A DNA stretch of 64,000 nt from an uncultured Gemmatimonadales bacterium (GCA_963701965.1 OY969695.1:5052567-5116566); one strand, 5' to 3'; shown: positions 27,554-38,116, counted from the stretch's first letter. Numbers and translations are program-made. Notes: a model not told the origin generated them from the letters alone.

Positions 27554-28207
27554 TCACCCGGGCCAACCGTACTTGCCTAGGAGCGGGACGAACCGCACGG
27601 GCGCAATGTCACGGCGGTCGAGGGCGTCACCCCGCCGCGTGCCTACAATGAGGGTCTGCTCTTCCCGGCCTCCGACCGGCGCCAGGATGCGCCCGCCCTC
27701 GGCCAGCTGCTCGAACAACGGCCGCGGCACGTCCGGCGCGGCCGCGCTCACGAGGATGGCGTCATACGGGGAGTACTCGCGCCACCCGAACGTGCCGTCG
27801 CCCAAGAGCAGCGAGATATTCCGCGCGCCGACCAGCCGGATGACCTCGCGCGCCCGATCGAGAAGCGCCGGCACGCGCTCGACGGAAAAGACCTGCGCGG
27901 CGAGATGCGAGAGGAGCACAGTCTGATAGCCCGAGCCCGTGCCGATCTCCAGGACCCGCTCGTGCCCCGTGAGCCGCAGCTCACTCAGATAGCGGGCATG
28001 CACGGACGGCTGCGACACGGTCTGCGCGTTCCCGATCGGCAGCGCCGAGTCTTCGTAGGCCCGGTGCTGCACGCCGGTGGGGACGAACAAGTGCCGCGGC
28101 GTCAGATCGAACGCCCGCAGCACGGCCAGATCCGTGATCCCTTTTTCACGGAGCGCCTCGACCAGGCGCCGCCGCGGTCCCCGAAACGGCGCCTCGGCGC
28201 CGCTCAC
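27554..28207 (-). CDS. pcm: Protein-L-isoaspartate O-methyltransferase
   Basis: PRHLFV, AYEDSALPIG, VLEIGTGSGYQ, PVRFVPL; GTGA overlap with surE. Confidence 0.95.
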   Translation of the reverse strand: MSGAEAPFRGPRRRLVEALREKGITDLAVLRAFDLTPRHLFVPTGVQHRAYEDSALPIGNAQTVSQPSVHARYLSELRLTGHERVLEIGTGSGYQTVLLSHLAAQVFSVERVPALLDRAREVIRLVGARNISLLLGDGTFGWREYSPYDAILVSAAAPDVPRPLFEQLAEGGRILAPVGGREEQTLIVGTRRGDALDRRDIAPVRFVPLLGKYGWPG

Positions 28208-28962
28208 GGCTCCCGCCACCACGTGGGCGCCGACGCCAGCATGTCGAAATGCGTGAGGTCGAGATGCAGCGGCGTGACCGAGATAAACCCATCGCGCACC
28301 GCCTGGTAGTCGGAATCCGCCCCGCCCGTCCAGGCCATGGTGCCCCCGCCAATCCAGAAGACCTCTTTCCCCCAGGGGTCCTTCATGCGCCGGATCGAAT
28401 CCCGGAACACCCGGCGCCCGAGGCGCGTGAGCCGCGCGCCTTTGATCTCGCCGCTGGGCAGCGGCGGCAAGTTGATGTTGAGCAGCGTGTCTTTCGGCAG
28501 GTCCAGCGACAGCACGTGCCCCAGGAGCCCGCGCACGGCGTCGATCTGCGACGCGATCAGCGTGGCGTCAGTCCCGTGATCGCCGCCGGCGAACGACAGC
28601 GCGATCGACGGGAGGCCCAGCGCCAGCCCTTCCATCGCCGCGGCCACCGTGCCGGAATACAGCACGTCCTCGCCCATGTTCTGCCCGTGATTCACACCGC
28701 TCAGCACGAAATCCGGCGGCTCCGGCATCAGCGCTTCCAGCGCCAGCATGACGCAGTCGGTCGGCGTCCCGTCGACCTGGTAGCGCCGCTCGCCGCGGGG
28801 TTTGACGCGCAGCGGGTGGTGCATGGTCAGCGCGTGGCTGGTCGCGCTCTGCTCCCGATCGGGCGCCACCACGGTGACTTCGCCCAACGGCTCGGCCGCC
28901 CGTACGAGGCAGTCGAGTCCCAGCGCCAGGAAGCCATCGTCGTTCGTGCATAGCAGTCGCAC
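28204..28962 (-). CDS. surE: 5'/3'-nucleotidase SurE
   Basis: TNDDG, APDREQS, GTPTDCV, SGVNHGQN, YSGTVAAA. Confidence 0.96.
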   Translation of the reverse strand: MRLLCTNDDGFLALGLDCLVRAAEPLGEVTVVAPDREQSATSHALTMHHPLRVKPRGERRYQVDGTPTDCVMLALEALMPEPPDFVLSGVNHGQNMGEDVLYSGTVAAAMEGLALGLPSIALSFAGGDHGTDATLIASQIDAVRGLLGHVLSLDLPKDTLLNINLPPLPSGEIKGARLTRLGRRVFRDSIRRMKDPWGKEVFWIGGGTMAWTGGADSDYQAVRDGFISVTPLHLDLTHFDMLASAPTWWREP

Positions 28963-29330
28963 TAGGGGCCGTGGGCTGATTCGTCGGCCAGCAACCCGAC
29001 AATGGCCTCGAGCTCGTGCTCCATCGTCTCCAGCGTCTCATGGTCGAGCGCGGCCCGCGCCGCGGTCCGGAGCTCGCCCGACTTCCGGTGCTCGTCGACT
29101 TTCCGGCGGGCGCCGTCGATCGTGTACTTCTCGGTATAGAGGAGATGCTTGACGAGCAGAATCAGCTCGACTTCGCGCCGCTGGTACACGCGGTTCCCCG
29201 ACCGGTTCTTGGCCGGGCTCAGGAATCGAAACTGGCTTTCCCAGTACCGCAGCACGTGCGGCTTGAGGTCCGTCAGCGCGCACACGTCCCCAATCGAGAA
29301 GAACTGTCGGACCGGCTCGGACGGCATCAA
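28962..29330 (-). CDS. MerR family transcriptional regulator
   Basis: FSIGDV...KPHVLRYWESQF...KNRSGNRVY...YTIDGAR. Confidence 0.9.
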   Translation of the reverse strand: MMPSEPVRQFFSIGDVCALTDLKPHVLRYWESQFRFLSPAKNRSGNRVYQRREVELILLVKHLLYTEKYTIDGARRKVDEHRKSGELRTAARAALDHETLETMEHELEAIVGLLADESAHGP

Positions 29331-30337
29331 TCCGCCTCGGCGCGCAACTCGCGCTCCATGAGAGTTGAGATGGCTTCCCGCGCCGGTCGCCCATCGAACA
29401 GGACGCCGTGCACGGCCCGCACGATTGGCATATCGACTCCGGCCCGCCGGGCCAACGCGTGGGCGCTCCGCGCCGTCACCACGCCCTCGGCCACCGTGTC
29501 ACGGCCCGCCTGCGCTTCGGCCAAGGTCGCGCCCTGCCCGATGGCCACGCCCAGCGCGCGGTTGCGGCTCAACGCACCCGTGCACGTCAGCACCAGGTCC
29601 CCCAGCCCCGCGAGCCCCGCGAACGTGGCCGGCTGCGCGCCCAGCGCCACGCCGAGGCGCGTCATCTCGGCGAGTCCGCGCGTGATCAACGCCGCGCGGG
29701 AATTGAACCCGAGTCCCAGCCCCTCGCAGATCCCTGTCGCCACCGCCATCACGTTCTTGAGCGCGCCCCCCAGCTCGACGCCGGGCACGTCGTCGTGGGT
29801 GTACACCCGGAACTCCGCCGAGGAGAGCGCGCGCTGCACCGCGGCGGCGATGCCCGAATCCGTGGCCGCGGCGACGATAGCCGTCGGCTGCCGCGCCGCG
29901 ACCTCGGCGGCGAAGCTGGGCCCCGAGAGCGCCACGACCGGCCGGCCGCTCAACTCCGCCGACACCACGGACGTCATGAGCTCCAGAGTCTCCGCCTCGA
30001 TCCCTTTGCTGGCCACCGCGATCGCGGCGTCCCGCCCGACGGCCGACGCCGACGCGCGCACGATCGTGCGGAGGTACTCCGAGGGGACCGCGTACAGCAC
30101 CAGCTTGGCGCCGCGCACGGCTTCGGGCACGTCGCCCGTCGCCCGGACCGGCGTCGCCAGCCGCACGCCGGCGAGAAAGCGGCGGTTCTCCTGCGTTTCC
30201 CGGATGGAGGCCACGACATCGGGCTCACGGGCCCAAAGCTGCACACAGTGGCCGTTCCGCGCGAGCAGATCCGCCAGCGCCGTGCCCCAGGCGCCGGCGC
30301 CAATCACGGCGCAGGCCCCAGCCTGGGCGTCCGTCAC
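29327..30337 (-). CDS. gpsA: NAD(P)H-dependent glycerol-3-phosphate dehydrogenase
   Basis: GAGAWGTALA, SKGIE, SGPSFA, GGALKNV, GDLVLTC, SRN. Confidence 0.96.
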   Translation of the reverse strand: MTDAQAGACAVIGAGAWGTALADLLARNGHCVQLWAREPDVVASIRETQENRRFLAGVRLATPVRATGDVPEAVRGAKLVLYAVPSEYLRTIVRASASAVGRDAAIAVASKGIEAETLELMTSVVSAELSGRPVVALSGPSFAAEVAARQPTAIVAAATDSGIAAAVQRALSSAEFRVYTHDDVPGVELGGALKNVMAVATGICEGLGLGFNSRAALITRGLAEMTRLGVALGAQPATFAGLAGLGDLVLTCTGALSRNRALGVAIGQGATLAEAQAGRDTVAEGVVTARSAHALARRAGVDMPIVRAVHGVLFDGRPAREAISTLMERELRAEAD

Positions 30338-30966
30338 ACCCCGCCCGCCCCCGCGTCCGGCGGGTCGTGGTCGACCTTGTCGGGTGGTTTGCGGTCAATG
30401 CGCGGCTCGTTCCCCCGTCGCAAGCGCCGGATGTTGCCCCGGTGCGTGAACAGGATGAACAACGCCACGGCCAGCGAAAACCAAAACACCGGGGTCGCGC
30501 CCCGCCCGATCAACACCATGATCGGCAGCAGGCCCGAGGCCATGAGCGACCCCAGGGACACGTACTTCGTGATCAAGACGACGAGGAGGAAAACGGCCAG
30601 CACGTCGGTCGTCTGGTGGGGCAACAGTCCGAGAAAGACGCCGGCCGCCGTGGCGACGCCTTTGCCGCCGCCCTGTCCCAACAGGAAGATCGGCCGCGTG
30701 TGCCCCACGATCGCCGCCAACCCGAACGCGATCTGCCAGATCTGGTGCTGGTTGGGATCTGCCGGCGTCGAGAACAGAATGACGGGGAGGGCGCCCTTTG
30801 CCGCGTCGAGCGCGAAGACCAAAAAGAAGAACGGCCATCCCATCACGCGCGCCAGATTCGTCGCGCCGAGGTTCCCCGACCCGTGCTGTCGGAGATCGAT
30901 CCCGCCGAACACGCGTCCCACGAGATACGCGAACGGCACCGAGCCAATGAGATAGGCGATCGCCAC
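30334..30966 (-). CDS. plsY: Glycerol-3-phosphate acyltransferase PlsY
   Basis: YLIGSVP, GSGNLGATN, GGKGVAT, HRGNIRRL. The true start may be GTG 31001 with a 1-bp deletion. Confidence 0.94.
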   Translation of the reverse strand: MAIAYLIGSVPFAYLVGRVFGGIDLRQHGSGNLGATNLARVMGWPFFFLVFALDAAKGALPVILFSTPADPNQHQIWQIAFGLAAIVGHTRPIFLLGQGGGKGVATAAGVFLGLLPHQTTDVLAVFLLVVLITKYVSLGSLMASGLLPIMVLIGRGATPVFWFSLAVALFILFTHRGNIRRLRRGNEPRIDRKPPDKVDHDPPDAGAGGV

Positions 30967-30997
30967 ACCGACCGCCGGCGGAAATGGAACGGCAGGC

Positions 30998-32305
30998 TCA
31001 CGCCGCCTTCCCCCGCATGATCACCCGCAACGGGCTACCCGTGAACCCCCACGCGGCGCGGAAACCGTTGTGGAGATACCGGACGTAATGCTCCTGCACG
31101 AGCTCGGGATGGTTGCCGAACACCGCGATGGTCGGAGGCGCGACCTCGACTTGCGTCGCGTAATTGAGGCGCACGTCCCGACCCGCCGCTTGCGGCGGCT
31201 GTCGCCGGGCGAGCAGCTCTTTCAGCGTCTCGTTCACTTGCAATGTGGGAATCCGCTTGTGCCACTGCTCATCGACTTGCAGCGCCGTGTCGAGAATCCG
31301 CGTCACGCGCTGGCCAGTAGTCGCCGACGTGAAGATGAAGGGCACGAACCCCAGGTAGGGGGCCTTCTCGGCACACTCCTTCTCGAAATGCGCCGCGGTC
31401 TTGTCGCCCTTTTCCTTGAGATCCCATTTGTTCACGACGATCATCAGGCCGCGCCCGGCTTCCCAGGCCAGCGCCGCGATCTTGAGATCCTGGACGTGCA
31501 GGCCTTCCGTCGCATCGAGGACCAGTACGCAGACCTGGGCGCGCTCAATGGCGCGGCGCGTCCGCAGCGCCGAGTAGAACTCGATCCCATCGTCGACCCT
31601 CGATTGCCGGCGGAGACCCGCCGTATCGACGAACACCATCGGGTGACCATGATAGGTGAGCGGCGCATCGATCGCGTCGCGCGTCGTGCCAGCCTCTTCC
31701 GATACGACGAGACGATCTTCCCCCAGCAACCTATTGACGATCGAAGACTTCCCGACGTTGGGCCGCCCGATCACCGCGACCCGCAGGGCCGTGGTCTCCT
31801 CGACGGCGCTCTCGGGAATGCGAGCCACCACGGCGTCCAACAGGTCGCCCGACCCCTTGCCGTTGTTCGCCGAAACGGGCAACGGGTCGCCGGCGCCGAG
31901 ATCGTAGAGCTCGTAGAACTCGGTCGATGCCGGATCGTCGACTTTGTTGGCGACGAGGAGCCAGGGCCGGCGCGATGACCGCAGGACATCGGCGATCCGG
32001 CGGTCGCTCGGCGTCGGGCCGGTCTTGGCGTCCACGACAAAGAGCAGGAGGTCGGCCTCCTCGATCGCCTGCGATACCTGGCGCCGGATCTCGACATCCA
32101 TCGGCAAATTCGGATCATCGACCAGCCCGCCCGTGTCGACGAGCCAAAACGCATGTCCCGCCCACTCGGCCCGCGCGAAATGGCGATCCCGCGTGGTACC
32201 CGGCTCGTCGCTCACGATCGCGGAGTGGCCGCCGACGATGCGGTTGAACAACGCCGACTTGCCGACGTTCGGCCGCCCGATCAAGGCCACCGTGGGCGTG
32301 CTCAT
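30998..32305 (-). CDS. der: Ribosome biogenesis GTPase Der
   Basis: Two GRPNVGKS P-loops, DTGG/DTAG and NKVD/NKWD motifs, KH-like tail. Confidence 0.97.
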   Translation of the reverse strand: MSTPTVALIGRPNVGKSALFNRIVGGHSAIVSDEPGTTRDRHFARAEWAGHAFWLVDTGGLVDDPNLPMDVEIRRQVSQAIEEADLLLFVVDAKTGPTPSDRRIADVLRSSRRPWLLVANKVDDPASTEFYELYDLGAGDPLPVSANNGKGSGDLLDAVVARIPESAVEETTALRVAVIGRPNVGKSSIVNRLLGEDRLVVSEEAGTTRDAIDAPLTYHGHPMVFVDTAGLRRQSRVDDGIEFYSALRTRRAIERAQVCVLVLDATEGLHVQDLKIAALAWEAGRGLMIVVNKWDLKEKGDKTAAHFEKECAEKAPYLGFVPFIFTSATTGQRVTRILDTALQVDEQWHKRIPTLQVNETLKELLARRQPPQAAGRDVRLNYATQVEVAPPTIAVFGNHPELVQEHYVRYLHNGFRAAWGFTGSPLRVIMRGKAA

Positions 32306-33570
32306 GCGGCGGCTCCGAGGACATCAATGAAGTCGTACGAGGGCTCGACGGGCATCGGCAGCGACGCGCGCACATCCTCGAACACCGCGTCATCGAGAAA
32401 GACGCCCCGGTCGTTGATCGTCTCGGCCGGGATCAGGGCCAGGTCGAGGTCGACCCGCGCCGACAACGCGCGCGTGATATCCGCGCCGACCAGGAGCCCC
32501 GCCGTCGTCGTCGTAGGACCGAACAGGCTGTTCTCGACCGGAATGAGCTCGAACGTTGCCCCGGTGGCCGAGCGCAGGCGATCCAGAAGCTCGGGCATCA
32601 GCGGCGCCATCGACGTGCCGGTCACGACGCCAATGCGCCGGCCATCGAGTCGGGGCAGCTCCGCCGCGCCCCGACGCACCCGTTGGCGCAACAGCGCCAC
32701 GGAGCCGACGCCGTTCTCGACTTGTTCGAACTCCCCATAGTGGCTCGCGGCCGGCAAAGGGACGTCGGCCAGAAGATACAACTCATCGGAGCCGAAGACC
32801 CACGGAGTCTCGCGCTCGTGACGCCCCCGCTTCACCCACGGCGCGATCTGCGCCAAGAGGTCGCGCGCCATGGTCCGGTCCATCGATCGCCCCGTGTAGA
32901 GATGCGAGAACTGCGTCAGGCCCACGGGCACAATGGCGACCGACAGGACGGCCTCGCCGAGGGACCACAAGTCGGTGAGGGATGCCTCGAGCACCGCGCC
33001 GTCGTTGAGCCCCGGCACGATGACCATCTGGCTGTGAAACGCGATCCCGCCCGCGGCCAGCGTCCGCAGCTGGGCGACGATGTCGGGGACTTTCGGGTTG
33101 TTCAACAACACCTTGCGGGCCTCGTGCGGCGTCGCGTGCACCGAGACGTAGAGCGGCGACAGCCGGTACTCGAGGATGCGCCGCACATCCCGCTCGCGCA
33201 CGTTCGACAACGTGGCGAAATTCCCGTACGCAAACGACAGCCGATAGTCGTCATCGCGCAGGTACAGCGGCCGCCGCAGGCCTTCCGGCAATCCCTCGAT
33301 GAAGCAGAACTCGCACCGGTTGGCGCACTGCCGCACGGTCGGCGGTTCCAGCTCGACCCCCAGGGATTCCCCATCGGGCCGCTCGATTTCGTAGACGATG
33401 GTCTCGTCGCCGGAACGCGCCTCGATCTCCAACGCGTCCTCGGCCGTCAAGAACTCCCAGTCCAGAAAGTCCGCGAGCGCGCGCCCGTTGACCGACACCA
33501 ACTCGGTCCCCGGCCCGAGTCCAACCGACTCGGCGATACTGCCCGGCGCGACGCGCGCCACGCGAACCAT
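32302..33570 (-). CDS. DUF512 / PDZ-radical-SAM-like FeS protein
   Basis: N-terminal PDZ-like segment; CANRCEFCF (Cx3Cx2C), RDDDYRLSF, SPLYVSVH, QVENGVG. Confidence 0.88.
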   Translation of the reverse strand: MVRVARVAPGSIAESVGLGPGTELVSVNGRALADFLDWEFLTAEDALEIEARSGDETIVYEIERPDGESLGVELEPPTVRQCANRCEFCFIEGLPEGLRRPLYLRDDDYRLSFAYGNFATLSNVRERDVRRILEYRLSPLYVSVHATPHEARKVLLNNPKVPDIVAQLRTLAAGGIAFHSQMVIVPGLNDGAVLEASLTDLWSLGEAVLSVAIVPVGLTQFSHLYTGRSMDRTMARDLLAQIAPWVKRGRHERETPWVFGSDELYLLADVPLPAASHYGEFEQVENGVGSVALLRQRVRRGAAELPRLDGRRIGVVTGTSMAPLMPELLDRLRSATGATFELIPVENSLFGPTTTTAGLLVGADITRALSARVDLDLALIPAETINDRGVFLDDAVFEDVRASLPMPVEPSYDFIDVLGAAA

Positions 33571-33578
33571 GACCGCCC

Positions 33579-35108
33579 CTAGTCCAGGGGAGCGTACTTG
33601 TACGCCGCGATGCCGGGAGCCGACACCGTGAAGTCGAACGGCTGCGACGCGCCCGCCGGCACCTGGACGGGCACATCCTGACTCGCCACGACCTGCCCCG
33701 TCTTGTCGAGCATCTGGAATTTGATCGTTTCCGACTTGGGCGCCGTCCCGTTGTTCTGCACCGTGCCGGAGACATTCACCTTGTCCCCATCCTTCGCAAA
33801 CTTCGTGACCTTGAGGACGACCGGCAGGCTCTTGCCCTTGTTGAAGTAGAGCATCGTCGAGTCGGAATCGGCTTTCCGCGCCGGCAGCAATTTCTCGCCC
33901 TTCTCGCCATTGGCCCGCACTTGGTACGCGCCGGCCAGCAGCTTCCAGTTGTCGCCGTTGTTCGGATCGATGTCCACGAGCCGGCGCGCCAGCGGGAAGA
34001 GCTTGTCTGTCTGCTTGCTGTTGAAGTACCCCGCCGCGACATAGTAGAGCGCGTCGCGGTAGTACGGGTTCAGGGTCAATCCGGCATTGAACAACTTGGT
34101 CGCGTCCGAGTCCCGATTGGCACGCGAGGCCGCCACGCCTGCCTGGAACAGCTGGAGATCGGTGTACTTGGACGGATTGGTGATCATGTCATTGAAGGCC
34201 GCCACGACCGCGGCGGTATCTCCCGACGCCTGCTGGGCCCGCGTCAGCGCGCCCTTGGCGTCGGTATCGTTCGGATTCATGGCCAGGTACTGCGTCCACG
34301 CGTCCGCGGCCTGCTTCCCAAAGTCCTTCTTCTGGTCACCCGTCGCCTGATCGGCCTGCAGCTGCAGCACGATGCCCAGGTTGTAGAGCGCGCTCTGTTT
34401 CGGCTTCGTATAGAGCGTGTCCGTACCGGCGACTTCGACCGCTTTGCGGAAGTTGGCGACGGTGGCGGCGTTGTCCTTCTGCTTGAGCGCGATCGAAGCC
34501 AGAAGATTGTAGGCTTCGGGGCGCACGGGGTCGATCTGGGCCGCCCGCTCGGCGAATCCCTTGGCCGAATCCAGCGCATTCGCCTGAAGGGCCCGCGCGC
34601 TGCTGTTGTAGAGCGGGACGAATCCTTGCTCCCGAATGCTATTGGCCACCGCCACGCACGCCGGCTTTTGGGTCGCCAGCAACGTCAGCAGCGTATCCGC
34701 GGCCGCCAGCGGGTCGACGGCCACGGACGGGTTGTCCTTGAACCCGTACGTATCGCGCGGCGCCGACGTGGGCGCGCCCGGCCGCGTGCCCAGGTTGATC
34801 AGCCCCTGGGAGATGACGTAGGCCCGTCCGGTCGGATTGGGGTTCTTGAAGCCGGGGGCCGAGAGCGCGCCAATGGCCTGTTTCCAGTCCTTGCCCTGCT
34901 CCGCCGTGTCCGTCTTGGCGTCAGTGGCCTTCTTCATGTACAGCTGCGCCGAGAACATCTCGGCGGGGCTGTTCACATCGATCTCGCACCCCGGCTTGTC
35001 CCCACTTTTTTTGTCTTTGTCTTTCTGGGCGAGGGCAAGAGACGGGATCGCGATCAAGCACGCAACTCCGCACGCGATTACACAGCGCATCGAGTGGCTC
35101 CTGGGCAT
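33579..35108 (-). CDS. Exported TPR protein with C-terminal FxLYD-like Ig domain
   Basis: Signal peptide, multiple TPR units, C-terminal VSGTVQN...FQMLDKTGQVV. Confidence 0.75.
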   Translation of the reverse strand: MPRSHSMRCVIACGVACLIAIPSLALAQKDKDKKSGDKPGCEIDVNSPAEMFSAQLYMKKATDAKTDTAEQGKDWKQAIGALSAPGFKNPNPTGRAYVISQGLINLGTRPGAPTSAPRDTYGFKDNPSVAVDPLAAADTLLTLLATQKPACVAVANSIREQGFVPLYNSSARALQANALDSAKGFAERAAQIDPVRPEAYNLLASIALKQKDNAATVANFRKAVEVAGTDTLYTKPKQSALYNLGIVLQLQADQATGDQKKDFGKQAADAWTQYLAMNPNDTDAKGALTRAQQASGDTAAVVAAFNDMITNPSKYTDLQLFQAGVAASRANRDSDATKLFNAGLTLNPYYRDALYYVAAGYFNSKQTDKLFPLARRLVDIDPNNGDNWKLLAGAYQVRANGEKGEKLLPARKADSDSTMLYFNKGKSLPVVLKVTKFAKDGDKVNVSGTVQNNGTAPKSETIKFQMLDKTGQVVASQDVPVQVPAGASQPFDFTVSAPGIAAYKYAPLD

Positions 35109-36292
35109 TAGGATGGGTCGGCGGCGGCGCGCCGAGCGGCCTCCGCCGCGAGGGAAAATATATCGCGCACCGGTCGGCCTGTCGCCTCCGCGACACGGTG
35201 CACGTCACTATGCTCCGGCTTGGCGCGGGTCGCGCCATCGGGCAATGTGGCGATCTTGACGGCGATCCGGTGTCCATCGACATCCACGGACACCGTGTGG
35301 CGCGGGAGGGCGCTCCGTTCCACGGCGGTACGGCGACAACCGAGTGTGGTACTCTCCGCGAGCAAGAGTGTTTCCAGCCGGTCGGCCACGGGGGGATGCG
35401 CGAGAATCTCGATACGCGTCCCGGGCCGGCCTTTCTTCATGATCGTCGGGATCAACACCACATCGGCCGCGCCGGCGGCACGCAACGCATCGGCGAGCTC
35501 CGCAATGTATTCACCCGTCATGTCATCGAGATCGGCCGTCAACGTGATCAACGATTCGCGCGACAGACCGGACGAGACTGGTTCAGCAATAATGATGCGC
35601 AGAGCGTTCGCCCGGCCCGAAAATTCCTTGGTGCCGGCGCCGAATCCGCTCCGCAACGGCGTATAGGTCGGTGGCGGCGCGCCCAGCGACAGCACATGAA
35701 CAAGCGCCGCGCCCGTCGGGGTCACCAACTCGCCGGAATCGGCCGGCCCTGGACGCACGGTGTGGCCTTCCAGGAGCTTGAGCGTCGCCGGAGCTGGCAC
35801 GGGCAACTCTCCGTGCGCGGCATGCACGGTCCCGTCGCCCAGGGAGATCGGGCCGTTGTAGACCGCGGTCACGCCGAGGAGATGCATCCCCCAGATCGAC
35901 CCCAGGACGTCGAGAATCGCATCCACCGCGCCGACTTCGTGCAAGTGCACGCGCTCAATGGTGACGCCGTGCATCTCCGCCTCGACCGTGGCAATCCCGA
36001 GAAACGCGGCGTCCGCCCTGACCCGCACCGCCTCGGGCGCGCCCGATTCGGCGAGGACCCGACGGATCTGGCTGACGTGGCGCCCGTGCGGTTGCGCGGG
36101 GATGTCGAAGTCGACCTTGATGCACGACAGATCGCCCCGCCGCACGGCGCGGATGTCGACCCCGACGCCATCGAGTCCCACGCGCGCCGGGAGCGCGCGT
36201 AGCCAATCGGGGTCGAGGCCACAGGCGATGAGCGCGCCCAAGGTCATGTCGCCGGAAATACCGCTGAAGGGATCCAGGATCGCGATGGGCAT
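35108..36292 (-). CDS. larC: Nickel insertion protein LarC
   Basis: SGISGDMTLGAL, VHLHEVGAVDAI, PVPAPAT, GELVTPTG, DLDDMTGE, MKKGRPG, KPEHSD. Confidence 0.93.
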   Translation of the reverse strand: MPIAILDPFSGISGDMTLGALIACGLDPDWLRALPARVGLDGVGVDIRAVRRGDLSCIKVDFDIPAQPHGRHVSQIRRVLAESGAPEAVRVRADAAFLGIATVEAEMHGVTIERVHLHEVGAVDAILDVLGSIWGMHLLGVTAVYNGPISLGDGTVHAAHGELPVPAPATLKLLEGHTVRPGPADSGELVTPTGAALVHVLSLGAPPPTYTPLRSGFGAGTKEFSGRANALRIIIAEPVSSGLSRESLITLTADLDDMTGEYIAELADALRAAGAADVVLIPTIMKKGRPGTRIEILAHPPVADRLETLLLAESTTLGCRRTAVERSALPRHTVSVDVDGHRIAVKIATLPDGATRAKPEHSDVHRVAEATGRPVRDIFSLAAEAARRAAADPS

Positions 36293-36295
36293 GAT

Positions 36296-38116
36296 CTACG
36301 GGCTGGGGACCGGTGCCAGGGCATCGAGCAGTTTGCGCGCCGAGGCGGCCGTGAACCCGGGCACCGCCGCAATCTGTTCGACATTGGCCTCGCGAACACC
36401 CTGCAGGCTCCCAAACACCTTGAGGAGCGCGCGGCGCTTGACCGGTCCGATGCCGGGGATGGTGAGGAGCGCCGATGTGACCGTGCGCGTCGTCCGGCGC
36501 TTCCGCTGAAACGTCAGCGCGAACCGGTGGGCCTCATCGCGCGCCTGCTGCAGGAGCCGGAGACCCGGGGACCGGCGCGACAGCCGAATGGGCTCGCCGC
36601 GCCCGGGCATGAAGATCTCCTCCTCCCGTTTGGCGAGACTGACGGTGGTCAGGGCGCCGAGCCCCAACGACGCCAGCGCGTCGACCGCCGCGTGGAGTTG
36701 GCCTTTTCCGCCGTCGATGACCACGAGATCAGGCAACGGCCGGTTCTCGGCGAGCCGCCGGGTGAAGTAGCGCTGGACGACTTCCCCCATCGACGCGAAG
36801 TCGTCGATCCCCTCCACCGTGGCGATCTTGTACTTGCGATACTCGGCGCGCCGGGGGCGGCCGTTCTCGAACCACACGAGCGACGCCACCGTGTCGGTGC
36901 CCTGCGCGTGCGAGATGTCGAAGCACACGATCGCCCGCGGGAGATGCACCAGTCCGAGCTCGCGCTGGAGATCATACACCGGCTCGCCGGCCCGCACGTC
37001 GGATTCCTCCGCCGCCAGCTTGAACTCCTCCAGCAAATGGCGCGCGTTCTGCTCGGCCAGCGCCACCAGCTCGCGCTTGGGCCCACGCTGCGGGACGAGC
37101 ACCCGCGTCCCCGTCAGGGACTGCTCCAGCGCATCCCGATCCTCGAAGTCGAACGGCACGAGCAATTCGCCGGCGCGCTCGGGACTGACGGCATAGCTCC
37201 GCGCCAGATACGCGGACAGCACCGCGGTGTCCGGCTCGTCTTCGATGTTCGACAGCAGGCGATGATCGCGGGCCAGGAGCTTGCCGCTCCGAATGCGCAT
37301 CACCGCCACGCTGGCGTCCTCGCCGTCGCGCGCGTAGCCCACGACGTCGCGGTCCCCGCCCTCGACCTCCATCACGACGGTCGGCTCCTCCAGACGCTCG
37401 AGCTTCGCCAGCATGTCGCGCAGCTCGGCGGCGCGCTCGTAGTCGAGCGCCCCCGCCGCCTGGTCCATCCGCGCCCGCACGCGCCGCACGACTTCGCGCG
37501 CGTTGCCGTCGAGGAAGATCAAGACCTCGTCGATCATGGCCCGGTACTCGTCCTGGGACTGGGCCATGATGCAGGGGGCCTTGCAGCGCTTGATGTAGTA
37601 GTCGAGACACGGCCGTTCGGGCATCTCGCGCGGCATGTCGTACCGGCACGAACGCACCGTGAAGATCTGCTTCACGACGTTGAGGGCCCGCCGCATCTTC
37701 CCCACGTCCGTGTACGGTCCAAAGTACCGCCCGCCGTCGTTTTCCAGCCGGCGGATCACGAAGACGCGCGGAAACGCCTCTTGGACGGTGACCTTGATGT
37801 ACGGGTACGACTTGTCGTCGCGGAGCGCGATGTTGAACCGCGGGCGGTACTCCTTGATGAGATTCGCCTCGAGGATGAGCGCGTGCGCTTCCGTCGGCAC
37901 GACGATCGTGTCGAGGTCACTCACCTGGCGCACCAGGTGGAGCGTTTTGACGCTCGCCGCGTGGTCCGCGGTGAAATAGCTCCGCACGCGCGACCGCAGG
38001 CGCTTGGCCTTTCCCACGTACAGGACGCCCCCTTCCGCATCGCGGAAGAGGTAGACGCCCGGAGACTCGGGGAGATGGGGCACCTTGCCGGCGATCGCGG
38101 CTGGCATTCCGTCCAT
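36296..38116 (-). CDS. uvrC: Excinuclease ABC subunit C
   Basis: PESPGVY, YVGKAKRLRSRVRSYF, DDKSYPY, CFDISH, IDGGKGQL, RDEAHRFA, HhH tail. Confidence 0.97.
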   Translation of the reverse strand: MDGMPAAIAGKVPHLPESPGVYLFRDAEGGVLYVGKAKRLRSRVRSYFTADHAASVKTLHLVRQVSDLDTIVVPTEAHALILEANLIKEYRPRFNIALRDDKSYPYIKVTVQEAFPRVFVIRRLENDGGRYFGPYTDVGKMRRALNVVKQIFTVRSCRYDMPREMPERPCLDYYIKRCKAPCIMAQSQDEYRAMIDEVLIFLDGNAREVVRRVRARMDQAAGALDYERAAELRDMLAKLERLEEPTVVMEVEGGDRDVVGYARDGEDASVAVMRIRSGKLLARDHRLLSNIEDEPDTAVLSAYLARSYAVSPERAGELLVPFDFEDRDALEQSLTGTRVLVPQRGPKRELVALAEQNARHLLEEFKLAAEESDVRAGEPVYDLQRELGLVHLPRAIVCFDISHAQGTDTVASLVWFENGRPRRAEYRKYKIATVEGIDDFASMGEVVQRYFTRRLAENRPLPDLVVIDGGKGQLHAAVDALASLGLGALTTVSLAKREEEIFMPGRGEPIRLSRRSPGLRLLQQARDEAHRFALTFQRKRRTTRTVTSALLTIPGIGPVKRRALLKVFGSLQGVREANVEQIAAVPGFTAASARKLLDALAPVPSP

